From Candidatus Hadarchaeota archaeon (GTDB lineage Archaea; Hadarchaeota; Hadarchaeia; Hadarchaeales; JAWBSP01), in the NCBI GenBank assembly GCA_964474885.1, contig CAYYWO010000016.1:1-15272 (forward strand): 15,272 bases of DNA, in the 5' to 3' direction. Numbering within the stretch: position 1 is the stretch's first letter; every line of letters begins with the position of its first letter. Below the pieces are notes generated by a model. It was not told the origin of the DNA, ran no database searches, and saw only the letters and a list, made by a program, of their open reading frames with translations. Shown here piece by piece: positions 1-8,151 of this stretch. The position numbers were made by a program, and so were the translations under genes.

Positions 1-1
1 A

Positions 2-607
2 CTGTTGGAGTGGTCTTTCGGTAAGGCAAAGGTTACCGAAAGGGGTTTGGAAGTTCTAAGGAGTTCGGGCGTTCAAGATAGGTTCGTGATGTGTTCGAAC
101 GAGAGTATCGACAACTTCACGGATGACGGGTTCGTATTTTTGGAGTATCCCACGACCTCGTACCTCTTGAACGTACTGCTTTTAACTTCAGGCGGTGTCA
201 AGGGAAGAAGCAACGCCGAGAAGTTGAAGGTTTTACTGGAGAGGGATTTTAAAGTCAGCATTGCGATAGCCAATTTCGACAGCTCATCAAAGCAATTCCT
301 GATATTCCTCGAAGAGCTTATAAAAGCGAGTAAGATCGAACGTCTGGTTGTTGGAGTTAGAAGCGAGCGTAAAGCCCTATCAAACAGGAGGATTTTGGAG
401 TTTTTGGAGAAGAACGAGTTCAAAAACGATAGGTTCAAGTTTACCAAGGATAGCGTTACGTTGACACCGGTTTTCATAATCTTCGTGATCACATACATCG
501 TGATAGTTGCGTATAGGTTCGGGTTCACGTTCGCCCCCTTAGCTTACTTCTTCATCCCCATGTACTTCTTGAGATCGACACTCTTCAGAGAGCTGAGGAG
601 TCTATAG
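2..607 (+). CDS. Hypothetical membrane protein, 5'-truncated by the window edge; two C-terminal hydrophobic segments
   Basis: Open frame from the window edge to TAG at 605-607; hydrophobic C-terminus (VFIIFVITYIVIVAY, FGFTFAPLAYFFIPMYF). Family not recognised. Confidence 0.7.
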   Translation: MLEWSFGKAKVTERGLEVLRSSGVQDRFVMCSNESIDNFTDDGFVFLEYPTTSYLLNVLLLTSGGVKGRSNAEKLKVLLERDFKVSIAIANFDSSSKQFLIFLEELIKASKIERLVVGVRSERKALSNRRILEFLEKNEFKNDRFKFTKDSVTLTPVFIIFVITYIVIVAYRFGFTFAPLAYFFIPMYFLRSTLFRELRSL

Positions 608-812
608 ATCTCTCCTCGCTAAGATGATACCTATGGCTATTCCCACCGCGGAGAGTGCGATCGTTGCCAGTTCTGGGATGGGCAGTGCCCGACCCTCCGG
701 TTGCCGTTACGTTCAGCTTGAAGTGGTAAGATCCTTGGTCACCGAATTCTGTTACCGTAAAATCTGCAGCTTTTTGGGTTAGTTCTTCATCCGGGTACGG
801 CCCTTCCAAACT
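602..812 (-). pseudogene. Collapsed paralogue of the PEF-CTERM-like surface protein at 2814-3362
   Basis: Encodes GPYPDEELTQKAADF...FGDQGSYHFKLNVTAT (intact gene: GPYLDPDLTQKATDF...FGDAGS...GSYYFKLNVTAT). A second frame gives the sorting signal LPIPELATIALSAVGIAIGIILARRDL*. The 5' half is missing and there are internal deletions. Confidence 0.85.
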
Positions 813-821
813 CGTCGGACA

Positions 822-920
822 ACTTTACGATCGAGCACAAGTCCTCAACGAAATCTCTACCCTCAGGTTTCAGTATGATCTCATCCCCCAAATTCGAATA
901 CAATTTTCTCTCTGATTGAT
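822..920 (-). pseudogene. Internal fragment of an AbrB/MazE antitoxin paralogous to 7885-8151
   Basis: ctttacgatcgagcacaagtcctcaacgaaatct...ggtttcagtatgatctcatc matches 7972-8040 (ctttacgatcgagcaccagtcctcaacgaaatct...ggtttcagtataatttcatc) with small deletions. Confidence 0.8.
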
Positions 921-924
921 AACA

Positions 925-1263
925 AACTATCTCTTGTAACGAGTTTCGATTGATTTTCTATCGCGACGACTGCGATTAGGATGTTTACCAAGTTGACAGC
1001 CTTACCCTTTCTTCTAAACTTGTGTTCAACAGCGATCTTCGCCGATGTAAGTGTGAACGGTAGGATTTCTAACCTGTCAAGTAATCTTACCGCTATCTGG
1101 TATTCCTTAACTCTGTCGACAAGTCTAGGCCCTCTTAGTATCTCCCAAGCCACTATCGACGTTGTTGCTAATCTTTGGCTTTTATTTTTCCTCGTATTTT
1201 TTTTTCAATGCAGGTTCTTTTCCTTTGAGTATATGAGAAACGTAGTTTCAAGGCATAACCTTT
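925..1263 (-). pseudogene. vapC: VapC/PIN toxin pseudogene (frameshifted, 3' end fused to an AbrB fragment)
   Basis: PIN pieces in different frames: RLCLETTFLI, LATTSIVAWEILRG, ILPFT..SAKIA, ILIAVVAIENQSKLVTRD. Frameshifts include a long A/T run near 1196-1205. Confidence 0.8.
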
Positions 1264-1505
1264 ACATGCTTTTCAAACTCCTTTCCAATATTATTTCCTC
1301 AGCCTCATCAAATTCCTCAAGCGGATCTTCGACACCGTACTTTCTTGCATCGTTGGCCACATGCTTAACGAAGACAACAACGTCAGGAGGAGGTGCAGCG
1401 ATGTCGAAATACAGCTCCAACCACGGTAGTAGCTAGTGAGACTTTCGACATCTCGGTGAAGTTCACAACAAACTTCTACGTGCCAGAGAGATGGAACGCC
1501 CACTC

Positions 1506-1605
1506 GATATCGTTAATTACTGTGGAGAGGGGAACATAACAATCACAGTCCCAGAAAATACAACACCAGGAAATTATACAATGACGATAAAGATCTACGC
1601 GTATA
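1506..1605 (+). pseudogene. Fragment of an Ig-like/CARDB-type cell-surface protein domain
   Basis: Translates to GEGNITITVPENTTPGNYTMTIKIY, the 'VP..a.PG.Y.i.i' beta-sandwich motif of archaeal surface proteins; no start codon. Confidence 0.5.
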
Positions 1606-1622
1606 AATTTAAGATTTTTTTG

Positions 1623-1988
1623 TTAAGAATCCTCAAAAGCTCTCTTAAGATCTTCATCGAACGTTATTAAATCTACTTTTAATCTCTTTGCCGTATTGAG
1701 TATTAGGTAATCGTTAAACTCGTCGTAGCTTTTCGGATTCTTTGTTAGGGCGTAGTAAACATCTTCTTTCGTATTTTCGACCACTTCCACTTCGTCAGCA
1801 GATAAAAGATCCTTCAACAACTTCAAGTCGATCTCATACTTGTAAAACAGATAAATCAACTCGGAGACGACCACTAAAGGTAGGATGATCTTACCTGTCT
1901 TTTCGATCAGCTTAACGGCCTCTCCGTGAAACGGATCTTTCTCATACAGAAAGGCGAAGACTACATTAGTATCGAAGACGTTTTTCAT
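1623..1988 (-). CDS. vapC: VapC PIN-domain ribonuclease toxin
   Basis: VFDTNV, VVSEL, FNDYLI..TA, LITFD catalytic motifs; ATGA-type overlap with the upstream AbrB gene. Confidence 0.93.
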   Translation of the reverse strand: MKNVFDTNVVFAFLYEKDPFHGEAVKLIEKTGKIILPLVVVSELIYLFYKYEIDLKLLKDLLSADEVEVVENTKEDVYYALTKNPKSYDEFNDYLILNTAKRLKVDLITFDEDLKRAFEDS

Positions 1989-2251
1989 CTCTTGTACTCT
2001 CCCTCCACAGCCTTGCTAACCTCCTCAACACTCGACCTTATAACTTCATCAATCTTGGTGCTCGTAATACCTATATCCTTTTTTATAGTTCCTTTTAATT
2101 CTTTAATACTCTTCTTCTTTGGGATTATCCTAATCTCATCACCTTCACAGACAACCAACACCTTGTCTCCTACCTTTATTCCTAACTTTTCCCTTATCTC
2201 TAAAGGTATCGTAATTTGATAGTTTCTCGTTACCTTTACCTCTCTTATCAT
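1985..2251 (-). CDS. vapB: AbrB/MazE/SpoVT-family antitoxin
   Basis: VKVTRNYQITIPLEIREKLGIKVGDKV signature; coupled to vapC. Confidence 0.93.
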   Translation of the reverse strand: MIREVKVTRNYQITIPLEIREKLGIKVGDKVLVVCEGDEIRIIPKKKSIKELKGTIKKDIGITSTKIDEVIRSSVEEVSKAVEGEYKR

Positions 2252-2262
2252 CGTATTTATAG

Positions 2263-2278
2263 TTACTACCGATAGTAA
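2263..2278. promoter_or_regulatory. Palindromic operator TTACTA-N4-TAGTAA upstream of the AbrB-VapC operon
   Basis: Perfect 6-bp inverted repeat about 12 bp upstream of the antitoxin ATG, typical of TA autoregulation. Confidence 0.55.
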
Positions 2279-2299
2279 TTAAGGTTTTTTAAACTGTTT

Positions 2300-2740
2300 T
2301 TGAAGATAAGCCAGTTAGGAATTCACGGCAAGCTCCATCAAAGAAAAAGTGTATTCTTCCTTCGGGATCTTTGCAACCTTTATGACAGCTTTAATGATTT
2401 CCAGAATTAAGCTAGCGATTACCCTCAGCTCCATCAAACTCGTTTTCCAGATGTTCCTTCACTAAGATTGATAATCTAGTTGCTAAGTACTCAAAGAACA
2501 TGCTTCGGTAAGACGAATCTCGTTCTCCTTACCGCTTCTTTGAAAAATTCTACTGCCTTCTTATGATTCTTATCCCTCCTATCGCTTAGAGCTATTAGGG
2601 CTGAGGTATCTAGGAGTATCACGTCATTCCCTCCCTCTCGCTCCAATTACCCTCCTCAGTCTCAAAACTTCCTATTATCTTGAAGAAAGATCATTCTCAA
2701 TCTCTCTTTCAAATTTCTATGTTTGCACATGCTCACCAAT
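2300..2740 (-). pseudogene. Decayed TA remnants: VapC N-terminal stub (2491-2622) plus probable antitoxin fragments
   Basis: GTG at 2622 gives VILLDTSALIALSDRRDKNHKKAVEFFKEAVRRTRFVLPKHVL* (PIN N-terminus). Downstream AKIPKEEYTFSLMELAV weakly resembles a UPF0175 antitoxin. Confidence 0.7.
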
Positions 2741-2813
2741 TTTGCATGTAAATTCAGATCTGTTAAAAGTGAGGATTGTTTAAGTACAGCAAACGGTATG
2801 ATGATTTAAAAAA

Positions 2814-3362
2814 TTACCTCCTTCTCATTACGATCAAACCTATCGCAATCAGTCCTATGGCTGAGAGTGCAAACGTCGTGAGTTCTGGAATTGGATAAAC
2901 GTTCACAACATCCGACTTGATTAATATATCCGCTCCCGGCACACCGCTCACATCAACTTTGTACCCGACGCCAACCTGAGCGTCTGGGGTGGCTGTTACG
3001 TTCAACTTGAAGTAGTAAGATCCGGCGATTAGAGCAATCCATGTCAAACTTCCAGCATCACCAAAACCTGTCCAATCGAAATCTGTAGCTTTCTGAGTTA
3101 GGTCAGGATCTAAGTACGGTCCTGACAGATTTGCATCTATGTATGACTGGTCAACGTCATCGACCTGAAATTGAATATAATATAGACCTGATGAATCTAC
3201 TGTGACGTTTACTACCGTGTAGTTGTAACCTCCAGGATAAACCAGCACTTCGTCAGGATCTGCATCTAACGAAACGATATACGCAGATGCCACTGAAGCC
3301 ATGATGATCAATCCTATTATAGTAAGTACAAGTGATCTCATGCTCATCATTATGTTAATCAC
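2814..3362 (-). CDS. Secreted cell-surface protein with a PEF-CTERM-like archaeosortase sorting signal (true start probably one of the Mets at 3338-3350)
   Basis: N-terminal signal peptide (RSLVLTIIGLIIMASVASA); acidic beta-rich body with N-X-S/T sequons; C-terminal IPE(L)-TM helix-RRR. Confidence 0.88.
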   Translation of the reverse strand: MINIMMSMRSLVLTIIGLIIMASVASAYIVSLDADPDEVLVYPGGYNYTVVNVTVDSSGLYYIQFQVDDVDQSYIDANLSGPYLDPDLTQKATDFDWTGFGDAGSLTWIALIAGSYYFKLNVTATPDAQVGVGYKVDVSGVPGADILIKSDVVNVYPIPELTTFALSAIGLIAIGLIVMRRR

Positions 3363-3465
3363 CTCTATATGTAAATATGCCTTCTGACTATTTTGAGTAA
3401 AACAACAGTATTTAAAAATTTTGTTAATAATGTTTCTTAAATCCTTATGACCAAATTTAAATCAA

Positions 3466-3501
3466 ATTATTTAATATAATTAAATTATCTCTGTAGGAGT
3501 A
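3466..3501 (+). repeat. AT-rich intergenic repeat, copy A
   Basis: attatttaatataattaaattatctctgtaggagta closely matches 10606-10642 (attatttgaatgtaattaaattatctctgcaggagta). Confidence 0.7.
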
Positions 3502-3716
3502 TAGCATACGTTTTACTTAATTCTTCTTATAGCGTCGTCAAACTCGCATTATTAGCCATAACTTTATCGATCGAATATAGTTAGCTTAGCCATGAAATAG
3601 GTTAGCTCTTGAACAAAACGTCGCTAAGAAATCTTAGCGGAAATTAATTAGATGATGGAGCGTTTCGCTGTGATGGATTGCAACTGAGCAAGTCCGATGA
3701 GTCAGCTCATCATCTT

Positions 3717-4223
3717 TCAGCTAATCTTTCGGCTAGCAATTCTTTTTGCCTCTCTTATAGCCTCAACGATGATATCTTCTTTTAATCTGAAACCGTGTTT
3801 TAACATTTCGCTAAGTGTATCTAAGAATTCGTCCAAGTCCATCATCCCTTCTTTCAAAGCCTTCAGTAAAACAAAAACAGTCCCCCTAGGTTTCAAACCG
3901 AGCAGTTTCGCGGCAAATCTCGCCGGTTTTTCGTCAACCAAAACTTCCTCAATACCCAATTTTTTGGCAAGGGAAAGAACAGCTTTCTCTCCCGGATGAA
4001 GCTCTATGGGAATATCTATTAGCTCCGCTTTTGATACCTTGATCCATCCTTCATTGATAGCCCTCTCAATCACGTAAGCATCCGTCTTTTCCATAGCCTT
4101 TCCTCTATCAACGACTTCAACTTTAACCTCCTCGGGAATTATCACCTCTCCAAAAATCTTAAGTAACTTCAACTTTCCCACTTTAGCAAGGTAGATGAGT
4201 GGTGTTGCGTTGGAGACGATCAT
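3717..4223 (-). CDS. vapC: DUF3368-family PIN-domain (VapC-like) toxin
   Basis: IVSNATPLIYLAK, LHPGE..V..LA, VLVDEK.AR..A..LGL...GT family signature. Confidence 0.92.
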   Translation of the reverse strand: MIVSNATPLIYLAKVGKLKLLKIFGEVIIPEEVKVEVVDRGKAMEKTDAYVIERAINEGWIKVSKAELIDIPIELHPGEKAVLSLAKKLGIEEVLVDEKPARFAAKLLGLKPRGTVFVLLKALKEGMMDLDEFLDTLSEMLKHGFRLKEDIIVEAIREAKRIASRKIS

Positions 4224-4516
4224 AGACCTTCAACATCTTCCTTTAAATCATCCAACGTATAGGGAATGTGTATATCTCTCCTTTTGGCTTCATTGACGAT
4301 TTCCCACAAGGATAAGCCGCATCTCTCGGCAGCTTGCCACAACGTTATCTTTCCTTCTTCGTAATCCTTCAAGCTCTTTTCAATCAACCAATCCTTCACA
4401 GCTTTAGCCAAGAATCTTCTCATTACAGTGGATCTATCCATTCCCTCCTCTTTAGCAATCTCATCGATGAGTTTTGCAAGATCATCATCAACCCTCGTCG
4501 TCAAGGTTACCGGCAT
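4220..4516 (-). CDS. vapB: RHH + UPF0175-family antitoxin
   Basis: N-terminal RHH (TTRVDDDLAKLIDEIAKEEGMDRSTVMR) and YEEGKITLWQAAERCGLSLWE; ATGA overlap with the DUF3368 gene. Confidence 0.9.
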   Translation of the reverse strand: MPVTLTTRVDDDLAKLIDEIAKEEGMDRSTVMRRFLAKAVKDWLIEKSLKDYEEGKITLWQAAERCGLSLWEIVNEAKRRDIHIPYTLDDLKEDVEGL

Positions 4517-4541
4517 GTATTAAATTTATTCATCTTAATAC
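4517..4541. promoter_or_regulatory. Inverted repeat GTATTAA-N11-TTAATAC, likely autoregulatory operator
   Basis: Perfect 7-bp arms immediately upstream of the RHH antitoxin ATG. Confidence 0.5.
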
Positions 4542-4576
4542 TTAAACCTTTAGGATTAGCTTAGAAACTTTATAGG

Positions 4577-4738
4577 TCAGATGTACCCGTTTAGCCCTCT
4601 AAGAATCTCGTAGTACGTTATTATGCTTAGACTCAATCTATCGAATTTCTTTAGGTATTCTTCAACCTTAGAAACGGTACTACTTTCTCCTCTGAGAAAT
4701 GCTATGAGTATGCTCGTATCCAAAAGAGATTTCTTCAT
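4577..4738 (-). pseudogene. vapC: Truncated VapC toxin (53 aa, N-terminal part only); absent from the ORF track
   Basis: MKKSLLDTSILIAFLRGESSTVSKVEEYLKKFDRLSLSIITYYEILRGLNGYI*; ATGA overlap with the DUF104 antitoxin; C-terminal catalytic Asp residues absent. Confidence 0.85.
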
Positions 4739-4944
4739 AACCTTTCATCTTCGAATAACTTTCTCCTCTTCGTTGCATCTAAAAATAACTCCATCTCCTG
4801 ATCGCTTAAATCCTTTAGAATTCCTGCATACTTCAGAATATCTTCTCTTCTCTTGATTTCTATTTCTACTTCTTCTCCCTCCCTTAAATCTAATTTCTCC
4901 AGCGGTCTTAGAATACCTTTCTCAAATCTGGCTCTTATTCCCAT
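4735..4944 (-). CDS. vapB: DUF104/AF2212-like antitoxin
   Basis: IRARFEKGILRPLEKLDLREGEEVEIEI signature. Confidence 0.9.
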   Translation of the reverse strand: MGIRARFEKGILRPLEKLDLREGEEVEIEIKRREDILKYAGILKDLSDQEMELFLDATKRRKLFEDERL

Positions 4945-5060
4945 TAGATTGACATCCTCCCCGCACTAAAGTGCGAGAGGGGAGATTTGCAGTCCATTAA
5001 GGACTGCGGGGTGTGTCAGCACCCCGTTATCCCTACCCCAACTGAGATTATGGTTTTAGC
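4930..5060 (-). ncRNA. Putative TnpB omega-RNA (reRNA/sotRNA): scaffold ~5060-4950, guide ~4949-4930
   Basis: Three stems: CGGGGUG-cugaca-CACCCCG (5026-5007), GCAGUCC-uuaau-GGACUGC (5007-4989) and the right-end hairpin with G-U pairs on this strand. Loop UGACA is complementary to terminal UGUCA (omega-RNA pseudoknot). The 5' boundary is approximate. Confidence 0.7.
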
Positions 5061-5158
5061 TATATTCAAACAACCTACGACATCAGCATTCATTATTTGG
5101 TTGCACTTAGGACAGTAGAACAGACCTCTGGTTATTCTTCTATCTTTAGTTCCACAAT
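4949..5158 (-). mobile_element. IS200/IS605-family remnant: 3' end of tnpB plus right end
   Basis: TnpB C-terminal peptide followed by the subterminal hairpin CCTCTCGCACT-TT-AGTGCGGGGAGG and terminal TGTCA(A). No left end or tnpA seen. Confidence 0.88.
5016..5156 (-). pseudogene. tnpB: tnpB C-terminal fragment (zinc ribbon + RuvC-III)
   Basis: CGTKDRRITRGLFYCPKCNQIMNADVVGCLNIAK = CG...RGLFxCxxC...NAD..G..NI motif of TnpB. Confidence 0.88.
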
Positions 5159-5372
5159 TCCGAAGTTTTCTGCTGTCGTGATTAGTCTATCGATGATGTA
5201 TCCAATCTTGACACTACCTCCAAATTCTTAGAAGTAGTTATTTTAGTTTTATATCATTCTTGTTTAACTTATTTTCGATCTCCCTAAAGGAATTATCGAG
5301 GATTTTCATTGCGACATCTAGAGCTATTTCATGAATCGAATATTCATCTAAGATCATGATAAAAAAGCCGTA

Positions 5373-5575
5373 TTGAAACGAAACAGTTGAAACTTAGCGA
5401 AGATATAAGGGTGTATGGATTTCTTAACTGAGCTATCTAAGAAAATTTGGAAATGATGTAGAGAAGGTGACTACAACGAAGATAGCGATATAGACTTACC
5501 TTCTAATCGTTAAAGATAAAAAATCGAATACGAGCTTAGAAAACTCGTATATTCGTTTATACCTCATGTAGGAAT
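5373..5575 (+). pseudogene. Decayed copy of the MNT gene and its promoter (11476-11716)
   Basis: ttgaaacgaaacagttgaaacttagcg...atggatttcttaactgagctatctaagaaaatt...gatagcgatatagactta...gtatattcgtttatacctcatgtaggaa aligns with 11476-11716; deletions remove the GSYAR motif. Confidence 0.88.
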
Positions 5576-5654
5576 TTTGAGGGTGTGTCCACTTGTGCGA
5601 AAATTTCTTTTACCATCTTAAGTGGATTATTTTTTGGAACTGCCGTTTCAGGGT

Positions 5655-6977
5655 TTAGTATACTTTAGAGAAATCTCTCAAATCCCATATTAAGTCTTCC
5701 TTGCTCTCCACCCTTCTCGCAACGATGCCGTAGAACTTCGCGAAGTCGTCTAATCCAACTTTTTCAGCTCTCCTTTCGAGGTTTCTTAGAAGCTTGTCCA
5801 CATCTCTTTCTCTCAACATACTCCATTTGACTTCTACGAACAAAACTTTCTTCTCTCTATCGTTTAACGCGATGAGATCGATTTCCTCGTCTTTGTGCCA
5901 CCACGGGCCTATCTTTGAAAATCGGAAGGGTAGCATCTTACGTTTGTTTAGCTCAATTAAAAACTGTTTTGCAACTTTCTCAAACACAGAGCCAAGGTAA
6001 TTGGAGTAATCTTTTCTTATTTCGTCGATATCAAAAATCCCCTCTTCAATGGCGGAAAGGTTTGGATTTACGTAACGGAACCAAAAAGCTACGAAGTTAT
6101 CGGAGATGTAGTATTTACCCTTTTTCGACTTTACCCCTTCAGTTACGGGTACCCTTCTAACAATGAACTCCGTTTCGATTAGATTACTCAGGTAAGGAGT
6201 TAGGTCGGAATGTTTTACTTTGATGTAATCTCGAATTTCTTTGGGTGTATTTTTACCGAAGGCGATTGCTTCGAGGATTTTTTTATACATGGTTACATCG
6301 CTGAACTCGTACTTCATGAGGAAGTCGAGTTCATCTTTTAGGAAGGTGTCAGGTTTTTGAAATTCTTCTTCGAGCCACTTCCAGAACGGTGGTTTAACCT
6401 TTTCGAGGTAGTAAGGTATTCCGTCGGCGAAACCGTAAATCTCGACAATTTCTTCCCAACTTAGGTTTGGAAAGAAGTCCCTCAAGTGGAAGAACTTTAA
6501 GGGTTTCAGCTTCATCGACGCAGTTCTTCTACCGAACAGTGGGCTTTTGTAGCTCAGAACTTTGTCACTCATCATAGAAACTGAAGAGCCGAGGAGTATG
6601 AGCTTGGTCTTCGTGTTTTTAAGCTCTAAGTCTACTATACGCTGGAATGCGGAAACTACCTTTGGATCTTCTTTTATGAGATTGGGGAACTCGTCGATTA
6701 TAACGATTTTATCTTTAAGGAAGTGAAAATACGACTCCCAATCTTCTTGAGCGTGCGCCACTTCTGGAACGACCTTCGAAGCGAAACGCTTGAAGTGTTT
6801 AAGATTGTCTCCCTCGATTGCCAAATAGTAAACGTGTTCCCTGTTTTTCACAACTTCCAAGACCAATCGAGTTTTACCGATCCTTCTCCTACCGTAGATC
6901 ACTATTAACTCAAAGTTGTCACCGTTCAGTCTGTCTTCCAGAGCCTTTAGTTCCTCCTCACGATTTACGAATTTCAT
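5655..6977 (-). CDS. Archaeal AAA+ ATPase (ATPase_2/COG1672) with wHTH, DUF234 and PD-(D/E)xK nuclease-like C-terminus
   Basis: MKFVNREEEL start; Walker A YGRRRIGKT; Walker B IIDEF; LILLGS; SPLFGRRT; GPWW..EEIDLIA...FVEVKW. Start revised from 7046 to 6977. Confidence 0.92.
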   Translation of the reverse strand: MKFVNREEELKALEDRLNGDNFELIVIYGRRRIGKTRLVLEVVKNREHVYYLAIEGDNLKHFKRFASKVVPEVAHAQEDWESYFHFLKDKIVIIDEFPNLIKEDPKVVSAFQRIVDLELKNTKTKLILLGSSVSMMSDKVLSYKSPLFGRRTASMKLKPLKFFHLRDFFPNLSWEEIVEIYGFADGIPYYLEKVKPPFWKWLEEEFQKPDTFLKDELDFLMKYEFSDVTMYKKILEAIAFGKNTPKEIRDYIKVKHSDLTPYLSNLIETEFIVRRVPVTEGVKSKKGKYYISDNFVAFWFRYVNPNLSAIEEGIFDIDEIRKDYSNYLGSVFEKVAKQFLIELNKRKMLPFRFSKIGPWWHKDEEIDLIALNDREKKVLFVEVKWSMLRERDVDKLLRNLERRAEKVGLDDFAKFYGIVARRVESKEDLIWDLRDFSKVY

Positions 6978-7010
6978 GATAATTTCTGTTATGATAATTT
7001 TGTTTATCAT
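6976..7010. promoter_or_regulatory. ATGATAA direct and inverted repeats overlapping the ATPase start (likely operator)
   Basis: atgataattt at 6976 and 6991; ttatcat at 7004-7010 forms ATGATAA-N6-TTATCAT. Confidence 0.55.
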
Positions 7011-7296
7011 TTTTACGAATAGTAGATCGTCGAATTCAAGGGGCATTCACGGGCTTATTTTTCAACAGAACAATCCTTAAACTTTCAGATTGCTCTATTT
7101 TATCTTTAACACTAGAACATAGCCAAGCTTAAGTAATATCTAGGAAATCATTATCTTTAGCTCTTCATGCTATGATCTGCAAATGTTTTTGCTTACGAGC
7201 TTATTTTGAATCTCATGATATAAAATCTGTAACATTCGAAAACAGGATTTTACCATGAATCTTTTTGTAGCAGTTATGTTTTCATTTATTCGACTA

Positions 7297-7479
7297 TTAC
7301 GCTTGTATCAAGGATTGCATCCACTTTTCAGTCTCTTCCTCATTTCTAGCCCAAAAAGCAATCGTCAGAACTTCTCTTCTTCTCAATAAATCTCTTATAA
7401 CTTCAGAAAAGCTCCTCTTACCCTCTATCCTCACCAATTTTTCGTAAACATCATCTGAAACACTTATCATCTTCGGCAC
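7297..7479 (-). pseudogene. vapB: DUF217-family VapB antitoxin with in-frame deletions, followed by a 12-codon VapC stub (7284-7322)
   Basis: [25 protein letters not shown]; lacks 3 and 10 residues relative to 14985-15200. Overlapping [12 protein letters not shown] is nearly identical to the start of the 14641-15012 toxin. Confidence 0.75.
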
Positions 7480-7502
7480 AGATATTTAAAAAGTTGAGAA
7501 AC

Positions 7503-7910
7503 CTAAAACAACCTCTTTATTCCAGTAATCTTATCAAAGTCTGAATCGTTGCTTATCATATTGCCATTGCAAAACTTTAGGGCGCAGGATGCATGGATTG
7601 CATCTCTCGGTTTAATGTTAAAGTTTTCGATTAGCTCCTGAGCTTTTAAGAGTATTTCAAGGTCTATGGGAACGATTCTTAGATTCGGGAAGCTTAAAAA
7701 CTTTCTTCCTGCAATGAGACTCTCATTCCTACCGGCGTATTTTCCAACGATGTAAACTACCTCATCCCAAGTTAGCGTGGATGTGCAACCTTCGATTTCA
7801 CCGCTAGCCAATTTAATCAAATAATCTTTAGCTTTCCTAACTTCACCTATGGATTCCTCATAGATCTGAGGGAGGATGAAGATGTTAGAGTCGAAGTAGT
7901 ACATCCTCAT
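7503..7910 (-). CDS. vapC: VapC PIN-domain toxin
   Basis: YFDSNIFI, STLTWDEV, KPRDAIHASCA, ISNDSDFD. Confidence 0.93.
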   Translation of the reverse strand: MRMYYFDSNIFILPQIYEESIGEVRKAKDYLIKLASGEIEGCTSTLTWDEVVYIVGKYAGRNESLIAGRKFLSFPNLRIVPIDLEILLKAQELIENFNIKPRDAIHASCALKFCNGNMISNDSDFDKITGIKRLF

Positions 7911-8151
7911 CCACCTGTTCGTAGAATTCTTCCTTCAATTTCTTTAGATCGACCGATCCAGACATCTTCTTCTTTACGATCGAGCACCAGTCCTCAACGA
8001 AATCTTTGCCCGATTTCTCGGGTTTCAGTATAATTTCATCTCCTCTAACTTCAAATATAACTTTGGTTCCCTCTTTAATCCCAAACTTTTCCCTGATATC
8101 CTTCGGAATGGTAACTTGACCTTTCTTACCAACTATCCGAATTCTTACCAT
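7885..8151 (-). CDS. vapB: AbrB/MazE/SpoVT-family antitoxin
   Basis: VGKKGQVTIPKDIREKFGIKEGTKVIF; overlaps vapC. Confidence 0.93.
   Translation of the reverse strand: MVRIRIVGKKGQVTIPKDIREKFGIKEGTKVIFEVRGDEIILKPEKSGKDFVEDWCSIVKKKMSGSVDLKKLKEEFYEQVDEDVLLRL

Noticed and set aside
73-528. Minus-strand 151-aa ORF
   Set aside because: Antisense shadow of 2-607; Ser/Leu/Phe-rich composition typical of non-coding frames.
1258-1503. ORF 1291-1503 and the alternative frame LLPWLELYFDIAAPPPDVVVF...KSM*
   Set aside because: Probably mosaic PIN/antitoxin debris, but no family could be assigned with confidence.
602-3362. DGR-like template/variable repeat pair (PEF-CTERM gene and its relic)
   Set aside because: Differences are not adenine-specific and include large deletions; no reverse transcriptase in the window.
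5160-5360. Short minus-strand frames (MILDEYSIHE..., DRLITTAENFG)
   Set aside because: Possibly PIN debris fused to the tnpB fragment; too short to call, and no IS left-end hairpin found.
981-6908. Plus-strand ORFs 981-1436, 1926-2219, 3697-3999, 4334-4564, 4623-4856, 5794-6000, 5915-6160, 6723-6908
   Set aside because: All are antisense to well-supported genes or pseudogenes and have no recognisable motifs.
6978-7046. 23-aa N-terminal extension of the ATPase (similarly 9781-9822, 12871-12969, 15201-15233)
   Set aside because: Extensions run through promoter/operator DNA; family-typical starts or SD motifs lie downstream.
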